Assembly (NCBI GenBank): GCA_963716195.1
Contig: OY970293.1
Coordinates: forward strand, 152,462-216,461
Source of the DNA: an uncultured Solirubrobacterales bacterium
GTDB taxonomy: Bacteria; Actinomycetota; Thermoleophilia; Solirubrobacterales; JBBDJG01
Direction: 5' to 3'
Length of the DNA stretch: 64,000 nt
The notes below the pieces were generated by a model. The model made no database searches and had not been told where the DNA came from. It worked only from the letters and a program-made list of their open reading frames with translations. Numbering within the stretch: position 1 is the first letter of the stretch; the number at the start of each line of letters is the position of its first letter. Both the position numbers and the translations under genes were made by a program. Positions 17,599 to 26,319 of this stretch are shown piece after piece.

Positions 17599-18384
17599 TC
17601 AAGGATTCGTCCACTCGAACGGATCGAACGTGACCGCGGGGTCTGCCCGCGCCAGCTCGTCCAGGTGCGAGCGCCAGCGCAGCCGGACGTCCGCCAGCGT
17701 CGCGCCGAAGGCGCGTTCGATCATCTGCTCGCCTGACATCGGCTCGCTCGTCAGCGCCAGCTCCACGCATGCATCGATGCCGCGCTCGCGCTCGAGCAGG
17801 TCGTACACGGAGCCGCCCATCAGCGCTGCATCGCGTAGCGTCGGGGGCAGGCGCGGCGGCGAGCCGCGCAGCCGCCGTGCAATTGCCGCGCGCAGATGGG
17901 GAAGCTGGCCCGAGAAGAACTGAGCCGCGCCTTCGGCGAGCCAGGCCATCCGCAGGAAAGCCTGCATCGACGAGACGCGAAACGGCGGCGGCAGCAGCGC
18001 GTTGTTCTCGCCGACGACCAGCAGGGTGAAGCTGCGCTCGGGCGTCAGCATCAGCGCCTTCAACGAGTCCTGGCCGCCGGCCGCGTGGCGCAGCACCTGG
18101 GGGGCCAGCAGGTGGAGCTCGTCACTGGTGTACCAGCCCGCCATGTAGCGCCGGCCGGCCGCAGAGGCGAAGCGGCGGGCGAGCGACACGTGGGGCTGGG
18201 CGAGCGCGAGCTGCAGCGGTGAATCGTGCAGGACCACTGTGATGTTGGCCGGCACCCGCGGGAAGAGTCGCTCCAGCTCGGTGCGATACGCCTCGAGCGA
18301 TTCCAGCACCGCGAGTGCTTCGTCCGCATGAGAGGACTCATGACGGGCGGTGAAGGTCAGCGACGGTGTCTCGGTCCAGGCCAC
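17599..18384 (-). CDS. Hypothetical protein (third gene of the DUF1802/DUF1152 cassette)
   Basis: The track ORF starts at 18480 and overlaps the upstream gene. An in-frame GTG at 18384 lies 4 nt after the upstream stop (TGA 18391-18389). 261 aa with no motif I can assign. Confidence 0.5.
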   Translation of the reverse strand: MAWTETPSLTFTARHESSHADEALAVLESLEAYRTELERLFPRVPANITVVLHDSPLQLALAQPHVSLARRFASAAGRRYMAGWYTSDELHLLAPQVLRHAAGGQDSLKALMLTPERSFTLLVVGENNALLPPPFRVSSMQAFLRMAWLAEGAAQFFSGQLPHLRAAIARRLRGSPPRLPPTLRDAALMGGSVYDLLERERGIDACVELALTSEPMSGEQMIERAFGATLADVRLRWRSHLDELARADPAVTFDPFEWTNP

Positions 18385-18388
18385 GGTC

Positions 18389-19282
18389 TCACGCTTCCGC
18401 AAACGAACGCTCGTAGTCGAGCTCGGTGCTGATGCCGAGCTCGTGCATGGTGTCATTTGCGGCCTCGATCGTGTCGGCATCCATCACGGCGCGGGCGAGT
18501 GCCGCGACGCCAGCAACCGCTATTGCCGGCTGGAACAGGAACGTCAGGGCTCCGAGTGGAGACAGATAGACGGTCCGTCTCCCGCGCCTGATCGTCGCCT
18601 GCCCGATCTCTCCGCGCGCACAGCGAACGGCCTGGGCGCTCGCCTCGGTGGGCACGAGCTCGATGACCCGCTCGAGCTCGTCGACGACGGCATCGGTCAT
18701 GCTCCAGCTCCCCGCCAGCCCGCCGGCCGCGGCGAGCCCAGCCAGCCTGTCGAGCAGCTCCCCGGCTGTCAGCTCCCCGTCGCAGCAGGGGCCGAAGACG
18801 GCGCCGAGCACATGCATGCCGCTGGATTCGAGGCGCGCCGCGGCGGCGAGCATGATCGCGTCGCACAGCGGACTCGCGAGGCCCGGCTCGGTGCCGTTGC
18901 CGAGCACGTCTCCGCCCACGTCCACGCAGACCACGAGGTCGGCGCGAAGCTTCGCTGCCGCGTCAGCCAGCGACTCTGCGATCGCGGCCGGGCTGCGGTG
19001 CAGGTCGAGGAGCAGCGTGTCCTCGCCGAGGTGGGCAGCCATGCCCGCTTCGGCAAACGGCGCTCCATCGACAGTGCGGGTCTGCGGTCCTGCGAGCAAC
19101 ACGGCGTCTGCGAGCGGGCGCGCGCCCACGATCTCGCTCTCGGGGCGCGGGCCGGGGTGGGGGTCGATCGGGAGACGCTCCCACGCGATGCCACCGACCA
19201 CGAACGCAAGCCCCTGCTCCTCCAGCATGCGCGCGGTCGCAAGGGCGCCGACGACGTCACCGCCGCCTCCGATGCCGAGCAC
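18389..19282 (-). CDS. DUF1152-like protein (uncharacterised)
   Basis: 297-aa ORF. N-terminal LGIGGGGDVVGA glycine loop and CVDVGGDVLG resemble my recollection of Pfam DUF1152. No experimentally known function. Confidence 0.65.
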   Translation of the reverse strand: MLGIGGGGDVVGALATARMLEEQGLAFVVGGIAWERLPIDPHPGPRPESEIVGARPLADAVLLAGPQTRTVDGAPFAEAGMAAHLGEDTLLLDLHRSPAAIAESLADAAAKLRADLVVCVDVGGDVLGNGTEPGLASPLCDAIMLAAAARLESSGMHVLGAVFGPCCDGELTAGELLDRLAGLAAAGGLAGSWSMTDAVVDELERVIELVPTEASAQAVRCARGEIGQATIRRGRRTVYLSPLGALTFLFQPAIAVAGVAALARAVMDADTIEAANDTMHELGISTELDYERSFAEA

Positions 19283-19331
19283 GATCGCGCGGCTCGCCTG
19301 GCCGAGGATTCGCTCTAGGCCGGCCGTGCCG

Positions 19332-19973
19332 CTAGACCGCCGACCCGGCGGTGAGCATGCTCGCCTCGCGCGCGATCGACTCGATCGCGGCGGCGGCGCG
19401 TTCGAATTCCTCGTCCGCGATCACCGGCGTGCCCTCGAACGGCAGCTCGCGATCGATCTCGAGCCAGGACAAGCAACCGGCATAGTCCGGTCGCACGCGC
19501 ACGGTCACCGGGCGCGGGATCCTGTAGACGCGCAGGACGAGGATGTGCAGCGGGTGCCTGGGCTTCCAGCGCAGGCGCTTGACCGCGTAGTCCGAGGTCC
19601 AGATGTGAAACGGCGTCAGCCCGTCCACGATCCGGGGGTCCGTGACCTCGTAGTGCTCGTGGACCTCTGCCCAGGCGCGGATGCGTACTCGTTCGGGCTG
19701 CTCGATGCCGCCATCCTGGATCAGCGCCTTGGGAGGCGGCTCGCCGTCCGCCCACACTCCCTCTTCGAGCGCGCGTCGCAGCTCGGGATGGTGCGACTGG
19801 CGCACGAGGTTGTTGCGCTGGTGGTCGAACGTGGGGTAGAGGAAGAACCGGTCGTGGTCCAGCTCGAAATGCTTGTGCTCCTCGCGGATTCCGCCCTTGC
19901 GCAGCGTTACGAGCTGCTCGCCCTCTGCGAGGGCGCGGACGGTGACCGCCCATTCTTTGAAAGCAACTGGCAT
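19332..19973 (-). CDS. DUF1802-like protein (uncharacterised)
   Basis: 213-aa ORF. MPVAFKEWAVTVRALAEGEQLVTLRKGGIRE...FFLYPTFDHQ matches my recollection of the DUF1802 N-terminus. Confidence 0.65.
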   Translation of the reverse strand: MPVAFKEWAVTVRALAEGEQLVTLRKGGIREEHKHFELDHDRFFLYPTFDHQRNNLVRQSHHPELRRALEEGVWADGEPPPKALIQDGGIEQPERVRIRAWAEVHEHYEVTDPRIVDGLTPFHIWTSDYAVKRLRWKPRHPLHILVLRVYRIPRPVTVRVRPDYAGCLSWLEIDRELPFEGTPVIADEEFERAAAAIESIAREASMLTAGSAV

Positions 19974-20140
19974 CTCAGCAGTGATCGATTCCGGCCACGC
20001 GGGTCGAACGGCTGCCTCCCGGCAGCTCTCCCGCTTTTGGCCCTAGCAGGAAAAATCCCGCAAACAAGCGGGAAATCCATGCTGCGTGGCCAGCATTGTA
20101 GGGCTTAGAACGAGAAATACCAAATTGATTGGCGAGTCAG

Positions 20141-21694
20141 TCAGCGCTTGTTGGAGGTCCCGAAACCCCCTCCGCCGGGGGTCTCCAGCCGCAGCCTGTC
20201 ACCCTCGTTCAACCGTCCGGAGGCCTTGGCAGGCAGCTCCTGCTCGCCTCCGTCGGCCGGCAGCGCGAGGTTCGAGCCGCGGGCGCCCGGCCCGCCCCCG
20301 GCTGCACCCGGGGGAGCATGGCGGCGACGCTCCGTGAGCAGTGAGAACTGCATGCCGGAGAGGGCTTCCAGCTCGCGCACCACGCCGTCGCCGCCACGAT
20401 GCGCACCCGCCCCGCCCGAGCCCCTGCGCACGGCGTATTCGGTCACGCGCAGCGGAAACTCCTGCTCGAGCGCCTCGACGGGCGTGTTCAGGGTGTTGCT
20501 CATCGCCACGTGCACGGCCGAAGGACCATCGCGGTCCGGGCACGCCCCCTGCCCGCCGGCGATCGTCTCGTAGTAGGTGAAGTCCTCGTTGCCCAGCGTG
20601 AGGTTGTTCATCGTCCCCTGCCCTAGCGCCGGCAGCTCGACGGCCGAGCCGAGCGCCAGCATCACGACGTCCGCGATCCGGCTCGACGTCTCCACGTTGC
20701 CGCCTGCGACGGCTGCGGGCGGGAGCGCGTTGACGAGCGCGCCCGCCGGCGCGCTGACGCGCACGGGTCGGTACGCCCCCGCCGACGGCGGGATGTCGGG
20801 GTCGGTCGCGACCCTGAGCACGAAGAAGACGGCTGACTTTGTCACCGACAGGGGACAGTTGAGGTTGCCCGCACTCTGAGCATCGGTGCCGGAGAAGTCG
20901 ACGTCGATCTCGTCGCCACGCACCGTCACCGACACGGTGATGCGAAGGTCGTGCGGCTGGCCGCGACCGTCGTCTTCGAGCACGTCGCGCGCCCGGTACG
21001 TGCCATCTGGGAAGCGCTCGATGCACGCACGCGTGCGGCGCTCGGCGTAGTCGAGCACCTCGGTCATTCCGCTCAACAGCGTCTCGACCCCGTGACGTGA
21101 GGTGATCTCTGACAGACGGGTTGCCGCGAGCCGGTTGGCGGCTAGCTGGGCGCGCAGATCGGCCGCGCGCTGAGCGGGCGCCCGCATCTGTGCGGTCAGG
21201 CGGTCGAGCAGGCTGCGGTCGAGCTCGCCGGCCCGGACGAGCAGCGTCGGCGGGATCACGACTCCCTCCTCGTCCAGTGTCGTGGAATCGGCCGGCATGC
21301 TGCCCGGCACCCTGCCGCCGACGTCGGCGTGGTGCGCACGGCTTGCCGCGTAGCCGGCGTGGCGCCCTTCGAGGAAGAGCGGCGACACGAGCGTGATGTC
21401 GGGTAGATGGGTCCCGCCGGCGTAAGGGTCGTTCAGGATCCAGACATCGCCATCAGCCGGCCGTTCGGCCTTGACGGCTGCCACCGCCTCCGGCATCGAG
21501 CCGAGGTGGACGGGGATGTGCTCGGCCTGCATCACCATCTCGCCGGCGGCGTCGAACACCGCGGTCGACGCGTCCCTGCGCTCCTTGATGTTGGCCGAGT
21601 GGGCGGCCCGCACAAGCGCCGCGCCCATCTCCTCGCATGTTGCGCGCAGGGCGCCGGTCAGAACCTGCAGCGTGACGGCGTCGAGCCCAGTCAT
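20141..21694 (-). CDS. hyuB: Hydantoinase B / oxoprolinase family, B subunit
   Basis: The true start is the ATG at 21694 (MTGLDAVTLQVLTGALRATCEEMGAALVRAAHSANIKERRDAS), overlapping the hyuA stop as ATGA. The 140-aa Arg-rich extension in the track ORF is an artefact. Confidence 0.9.
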   Translation of the reverse strand: MTGLDAVTLQVLTGALRATCEEMGAALVRAAHSANIKERRDASTAVFDAAGEMVMQAEHIPVHLGSMPEAVAAVKAERPADGDVWILNDPYAGGTHLPDITLVSPLFLEGRHAGYAASRAHHADVGGRVPGSMPADSTTLDEEGVVIPPTLLVRAGELDRSLLDRLTAQMRAPAQRAADLRAQLAANRLAATRLSEITSRHGVETLLSGMTEVLDYAERRTRACIERFPDGTYRARDVLEDDGRGQPHDLRITVSVTVRGDEIDVDFSGTDAQSAGNLNCPLSVTKSAVFFVLRVATDPDIPPSAGAYRPVRVSAPAGALVNALPPAAVAGGNVETSSRIADVVMLALGSAVELPALGQGTMNNLTLGNEDFTYYETIAGGQGACPDRDGPSAVHVAMSNTLNTPVEALEQEFPLRVTEYAVRRGSGGAGAHRGGDGVVRELEALSGMQFSLLTERRRHAPPGAAGGGPGARGSNLALPADGGEQELPAKASGRLNEGDRLRLETPGGGGFGTSNKR

Positions 21695-23712
21695 CCGCCC
21701 TCCTCGCGCTCGAGCACGAGCGTCCCTTCCGGGCGCACCGATCCACGCCAGCGCGGCGGCACCACGACCGTGGCCTCCGGCAGCTCGCACACGGCAGGCC
21801 CCACCACCTCCGTCCCCGGCTCGAGCTCGCCACGGACGACCGCGGTCTCGACGCGTTCGCCGCCGAAGAGGGCGGGCCTGCTGCCGCGCTTGACGCCGGT
21901 GCCGGTGGCCGCCGCCAGCTGCGGGTGTGCGCCGGGCGCCACCGCCGCGACGCGCACGGTGACGAGCTCCAGCGCTGCTTCGGGATCGGCGTACCCGTAG
22001 CGGTGTTCGTGCTCGCTCTCGAACCGTGCGCGAAGGTCGGCCACGTCGGGCTCCGGCGGTCCTTCCACCGCGAGCTCGAACGCCTGGCCGCGATAGCGCA
22101 GCTCGTACGTGCACTCGACCCGCGCCTGGGGCAGCTCGGCGAGCGCTGCCTGCGCCAGCTCAGCCGTCTCGGCCGCGATCCGCTCGGAAGTCAGGTCGCG
22201 ACCGGACAGCAGGACTGTGCGCGCTACGTCGCGGCGGCGGTCCGAAACGACGAGGCCGAGAGCCGACAACACGCCGGCCGCACGGGGACACAGGACGCGG
22301 CTAACCCCGAGCTCGTCTGCGATCCGGGCAGCGTGCATCGGGCCCGCGCCGCCGAAGGCGACCAGCGCGTGTGCCCGCGGATCCACTCCGCGCTCGACGG
22401 TGACCACGCGCAGGGCCCGCAGCATCTCCGCGTCGGCGACCCGGACGATGCCCGCCGCCACTTCGTCCTCGGACAGGCCGGCACGCTGCGCCAGCGCTCC
22501 GACCGCCCGCCTTGCGGCGTCCGGGTCGAGCGTTATCCCCCCGGCGAGCGGCGCTCCTGCCTCCAGGTAGCCGAGCAGGAGGTTGGCGTCCGTGACGGTG
22601 GCCTCGGTGCCGCCGAGGCCGTAGCAGGCGGGGCCGGGATCGGCCCCGGCCGACTGCGGCCCCACGCGCAAGGCTCCGCCGGCATCGACCCAGCCGATGC
22701 TGCCGCCCCCGGCGCCAACCGTGTGGACATCCACCATCGGCAGTTGGAGCACCCGTCCGCCGATCGGGCGCTCGGCCGTGAGCCGAACGCGGCCGTCCTC
22801 CACGACCGCCACGTCGCATGACGTCCCGCCCATGTCGAAGGAGAGCAGGTCGCGGCGGCCGGCTAGCGAGCCGAGATGCGCCGCCCCGACCGCTCCGCCC
22901 GCAGGGCCTGACAGCACGGTCCAGGCTGCATGTTGCGCCGCTGCTGCGGCGGCGACCAGGCCGCCGCTCGACTGCATGATCTCCGGGGCGGGCAGACCGG
23001 CCGCCGCCGCCCCGTCCGCGAGCCGCTCGAGGTACCGCGACATGAGTGGCGACAGGTACGCGTCGATCACCGTGGTCGAGGTGCGCTCGTACTCACGGAA
23101 GACACGGAGCACCTCGTTCGAGGCGCTGACATGGACCGATGGCAGCCTGCTCGCGATCACCTCGGAGACAGCCTGCTCGTGGCGCGGGTCCATGTAGGAG
23201 TGCAGAAGGCAGACGGCGACTGCCTCGACGTCCGCGTCTGCGACCGCATTCACGACGCTGGTCACGGACGACTCGTCGAGGGCGCGCTCGACTCCGCGCG
23301 GCGAGATGCGCTCGCTCACGCCGAAGCGCAGCTCGGGGGGAACGAGCGGTGCTGGCCGGCCAAGGCAGAGGCGATACAGGTCGGGGCGGTTCTGACGCGC
23401 GATCTCGATCACGTCCTGGAAGCCGTCCGTGGTGACGAGGGCGGTCCTCGCGCCACGCTCTGTGAGCAGCGCGTTCGTTCCAACCGTCATCCCGTGCGCG
23501 AAACGCTCGACCTGCGCTGGCTCCATGCCCGCCCTCTCGAGCACTGCGGCGACTGCGCTCAGTACTCCCCGCGACTGGTCGTCCGGCGTCGTCGGGACCT
23601 TCGCCGTGAGGAGGCGGTCCCCGGCGACGAGCGCCGCATCGGTGAACGTGCCGCCCACGTCCACGCCGAGCAGGGCGCGGGGGAGTGGCTTGCAGCTGGT
23701 GTTGTCCTCCAT
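21691..23712 (-). CDS. hyuA: Hydantoinase A / oxoprolinase family, A subunit (ATP-hydrolysing)
   Basis: 673-aa ORF: LLGVDVGGTFTDAALV..., FDMGGTSCDVAVV (ASKHA-fold ATPase motifs). Confidence 0.9.
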   Translation of the reverse strand: MEDNTSCKPLPRALLGVDVGGTFTDAALVAGDRLLTAKVPTTPDDQSRGVLSAVAAVLERAGMEPAQVERFAHGMTVGTNALLTERGARTALVTTDGFQDVIEIARQNRPDLYRLCLGRPAPLVPPELRFGVSERISPRGVERALDESSVTSVVNAVADADVEAVAVCLLHSYMDPRHEQAVSEVIASRLPSVHVSASNEVLRVFREYERTSTTVIDAYLSPLMSRYLERLADGAAAAGLPAPEIMQSSGGLVAAAAAAQHAAWTVLSGPAGGAVGAAHLGSLAGRRDLLSFDMGGTSCDVAVVEDGRVRLTAERPIGGRVLQLPMVDVHTVGAGGGSIGWVDAGGALRVGPQSAGADPGPACYGLGGTEATVTDANLLLGYLEAGAPLAGGITLDPDAARRAVGALAQRAGLSEDEVAAGIVRVADAEMLRALRVVTVERGVDPRAHALVAFGGAGPMHAARIADELGVSRVLCPRAAGVLSALGLVVSDRRRDVARTVLLSGRDLTSERIAAETAELAQAALAELPQARVECTYELRYRGQAFELAVEGPPEPDVADLRARFESEHEHRYGYADPEAALELVTVRVAAVAPGAHPQLAAATGTGVKRGSRPALFGGERVETAVVRGELEPGTEVVGPAVCELPEATVVVPPRWRGSVRPEGTLVLEREEGG

Positions 23713-23787
23713 TTGGTCGTGAGGCTAACTGTGGAGGGCATGTAGTCGTGGTTGGGCCAGACCCCGTTGACGTCGCGCCACAGGCAG

Positions 23788-24057
23788 GACAGGCATCGAA
23801 GGGGGGTGAGACGGATCTATGCCGAAGCTCGCGACATGCATGAACAAGCGGCATGAGTTGACCGATCCTTGAGGTCCACTTCTTTTGTGATGAGTTGACC
23901 GGGCTATAGCCCCATCAACTCATCACATAGGGATCGGGTGCGTTACGCGAATGTCGTAAAGATCGCTAAGCGCACCAACCGCCACAGCTTCCGCGGTGTC
24001 GCGTTTCACTTGGGTCATCAGCCGTATCGCTCCGGATCACCCCCTTCGATGCCAGTC
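23788..24057 (-). repeat. Copy B of the inverted-arm element family (long form, 270 nt, reverse orientation relative to A)
   Basis: Plus strand: GACAGGCATCGAAGGGGGGTGAGACGG ... CCGGATCACCCCCTTCGATGCCAGTC. Central hairpin GTGATGAGTTG-ACCGGGCTATAGCCCCAT-CAACTCATCAC at 23887-23926. The reverse complement aligns block by block with copy A. Lies 75 nt from the hyuA start. Confidence 0.7.
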
Positions 24058-24099
24058 CCAAAAAGACCCCCCGCACGACTCCGGAGAAAATCAACCCCA

Positions 24100-24138
24100 A
24101 CCCACAAAAGCGAAGCGACCCCCAATCTCGGGGGTCGC
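24100..24138 (-). terminator. Intrinsic terminator of the 24231-24683 gene
   Basis: GCGACCCCC-(6 nt)-GGGGGTCGC, a 9-bp GC stem at 24115-24138. On the minus strand it is followed by TTCGCTTTTGTGGG. Confidence 0.6.
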
Positions 24139-24230
24139 CTCTGTGCGGAGGGGGTCTCTCTTGTACTTCCCGCTTGAAGCGGGTCCGGGGCGGTTGTCAG
24201 ACAACCGCCACCGGCACGAAGTGATCGGCT

Positions 24231-24683
24231 CTACGCGGCCAGCTCGATCCCTTCGAGCTCGTCGAAGCTCTCTCTCAGATGTTGATGGGACGGGCAGTAC
24301 TCGCTCCGCGCGAGCGGCGGGCGCTGACAGGGCTGGCCCTTGCGCGTCATGGCCTGGCACTGGCGCTGCGTTCCGGCCGGGTCGAGGTGCTCCTCGGGCA
24401 CCATCTCGAGCATCGCGAGGGCCGTGTCGATGTGACGCTTGACGATCGTGTAGACGTGCAGCTGCGAGCAGAGCGAGAAGTAGATCCTGATCTCGTTGAA
24501 GAGCGACCGTTCGGGCCGCGCGAAGTGACGCCGGTCGCGCACCAGGCGCTCCATCGTGCGCTCGCAACCCTGCAGCACTCGCAGGCGGTTGCTCTCGCCC
24601 TGGTTCCGGCGGTCGTTCAGGATCAGGGGCGCGAGCTCACGATAGATCGCACGGCTGAAATGGTTCTTGAGCAGGTCTCCCAC
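24231..24683 (-). CDS. Hypothetical protein with C-terminal Cys/His cluster
   Basis: 150-aa ORF. The GTG start is preceded by GAGGAGAGAG. C-terminal CQAMTRKGQPCQRPPLARSEYCPSHQH (C-x9-C-x11-C-x2-H). No family recognised. Confidence 0.6.
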   Translation of the reverse strand: MGDLLKNHFSRAIYRELAPLILNDRRNQGESNRLRVLQGCERTMERLVRDRRHFARPERSLFNEIRIYFSLCSQLHVYTIVKRHIDTALAMLEMVPEEHLDPAGTQRQCQAMTRKGQPCQRPPLARSEYCPSHQHLRESFDELEGIELAA

Positions 24684-24808
24684 GTATCTCTCTCCTCAGA
24701 TCAACAAACTGCGAGCGGCGAGAGTCTCGCATCGGGCTGTGAACGGCTTGTGAGGCGTTCGTTAAGGCTGGGTTAAGCCCGGTACCGCACAAGCTCGCTC
24801 GCCTGGAC

Positions 24809-26284
24809 TCAGGTCCAGCGCTCGAGCTGCGGCTCCTCGGATTCGGCCGGGAAAACGAAGTGGTCTCGGTCGAGCTCGGGGTCCGGCGCGGGCAGATCGG
24901 TGCGCAGGTGGCAGCCCCGGCTCTCCTCGCGTGCGAGCGCGGCTCGGGCGACCAGCCGTGCGAGTGGGTGTGGATCGCCCTCGAGCTCACGCAGGCGCTC
25001 GGGCGAGCGCACGATGCCCGCCCGCTCGGAGAGTGCCTTGCGGGTGTCCTCGCCTGCCTCGACTGCCGGACGCGGGACCGGTGGCGGGGACAGCGAAGGC
25101 CCGGCCGGCGCCGCATGCCCCGCTTCCTCGACGGCGGCAAGGGCGGCTCGCTGTCCGAGGACGAGACACTCGGACAGCGAATTCGACGCGAGCCGGTTTG
25201 CGCCGTGGATGCCGGCGCACGCACACTCTCCGACCGCGAACATGGCCGGGACCGTCGAGCGGGCATCCGTGTCGACTGCGATGCCGCCGATCGAGTAATG
25301 CGCCGCCGGCGCGACCGGCACGAGGTCGTGGCGCGGATCGATGCCGATCTCGGTCAGCGCCTCCACGATGTTCGGGAAGGCCCTTAGTTCGACATCGCGC
25401 ATGTCGAGCATCACAGCTTCGCGCCCGCTGCGCCTCAGCTCGGCGTCGATCGTGCGCGCAACCTCGTCCCGCGGCGCCAGCTCGTCGACGAATCTCCTGC
25501 CGTCGCCGTCGAGCAACCGGGCGCCCTCGCCGCGCACGGCCTCGGTGATCAGGAAGCCGTCACGCCGGCCCGGCGCATACAGGGCGGTGGGGTGGAACTG
25601 CAACAGCTCCAGGTCGGCGAGCGCCGCGCCCGCCGCGCGCGCCAGCAGAAGGCCGGCGCCGACCGACCCGCGCGGGTTGGTGGTGCGGGCCCACAGCGCG
25701 GCCGTTCCGCCCGTCGCGAGGATCGTGGTCGCCGCGGGCATCGCCTCGCCGTCGCACACCACGCCGCGGCAGCGGCCTTCGTGCATCCACAGCGAGACCA
25801 CGGTGGTCCGCTCGTGCACGCTGATGCGCACATCCGCGAGCGCTGCCTGGGACAGAACGCTTGCGACCATCCGGCCGGTGGCGCTTCCCCCGGCGTGGAC
25901 GACGCGCCGGCGCCCGTGCCCGCCCTCGAGGCCGAGCGCAAGCCGCCCCTCCGCGTCGCGGTCGAACGGAACGCCCCTGCGCTCGAGGTCGCGCACGCGC
26001 TCCGGCGCCTCCTCGCACAGGACGCGGGCAGCGCTCTCGCGAGAGAGACGGCGCCCGGCGTTGAGCGTGTCACCGAGGTGAAGCTCGGTGCTGTCGTCGA
26101 CGCCAAGCGCAGCGGCCAGTCCTCCCTGGGCCCAGAAGCTTGCCGATCCGCTCAGCGGCGTCGAGGACACGAGCCGCACGGATGCGCCGGCCTCGGCTGC
26201 CACGAGCGCGGCGTAGAGACCGGCGGCGCCGGCGCCCACGACCGCGAGATCGACAGGGGAGTGGATAGATAGTGAGGGCGTCAC
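24809..26284 (-). CDS. nadB: L-aspartate oxidase
   Basis: [22 protein letters not shown] FAD motif, RHPTALY-like and [24 protein letters not shown] blocks. I prefer GTG 26284 over the track start at 26371. Confidence 0.9.
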   Translation of the reverse strand: [491 protein letters not shown]

Positions 26285-26319
26285 TGTCTGGCAAGCGCCG
26301 GAGCGCTTAGGAGGCGGCG

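Noticed and set aside
21695-22114. N-terminal extensions of track ORFs: hyuB to 22114, sufC to 9086, nnr to 50329, tldD to 32905, pfkB to 39243, HIT to 55391, and others.
   Set aside because: The extensions are Arg-rich and non-homologous, and they overlap upstream genes or repeat elements. Internal starts give canonical N-termini and typical 1-8 nt operon overlaps.
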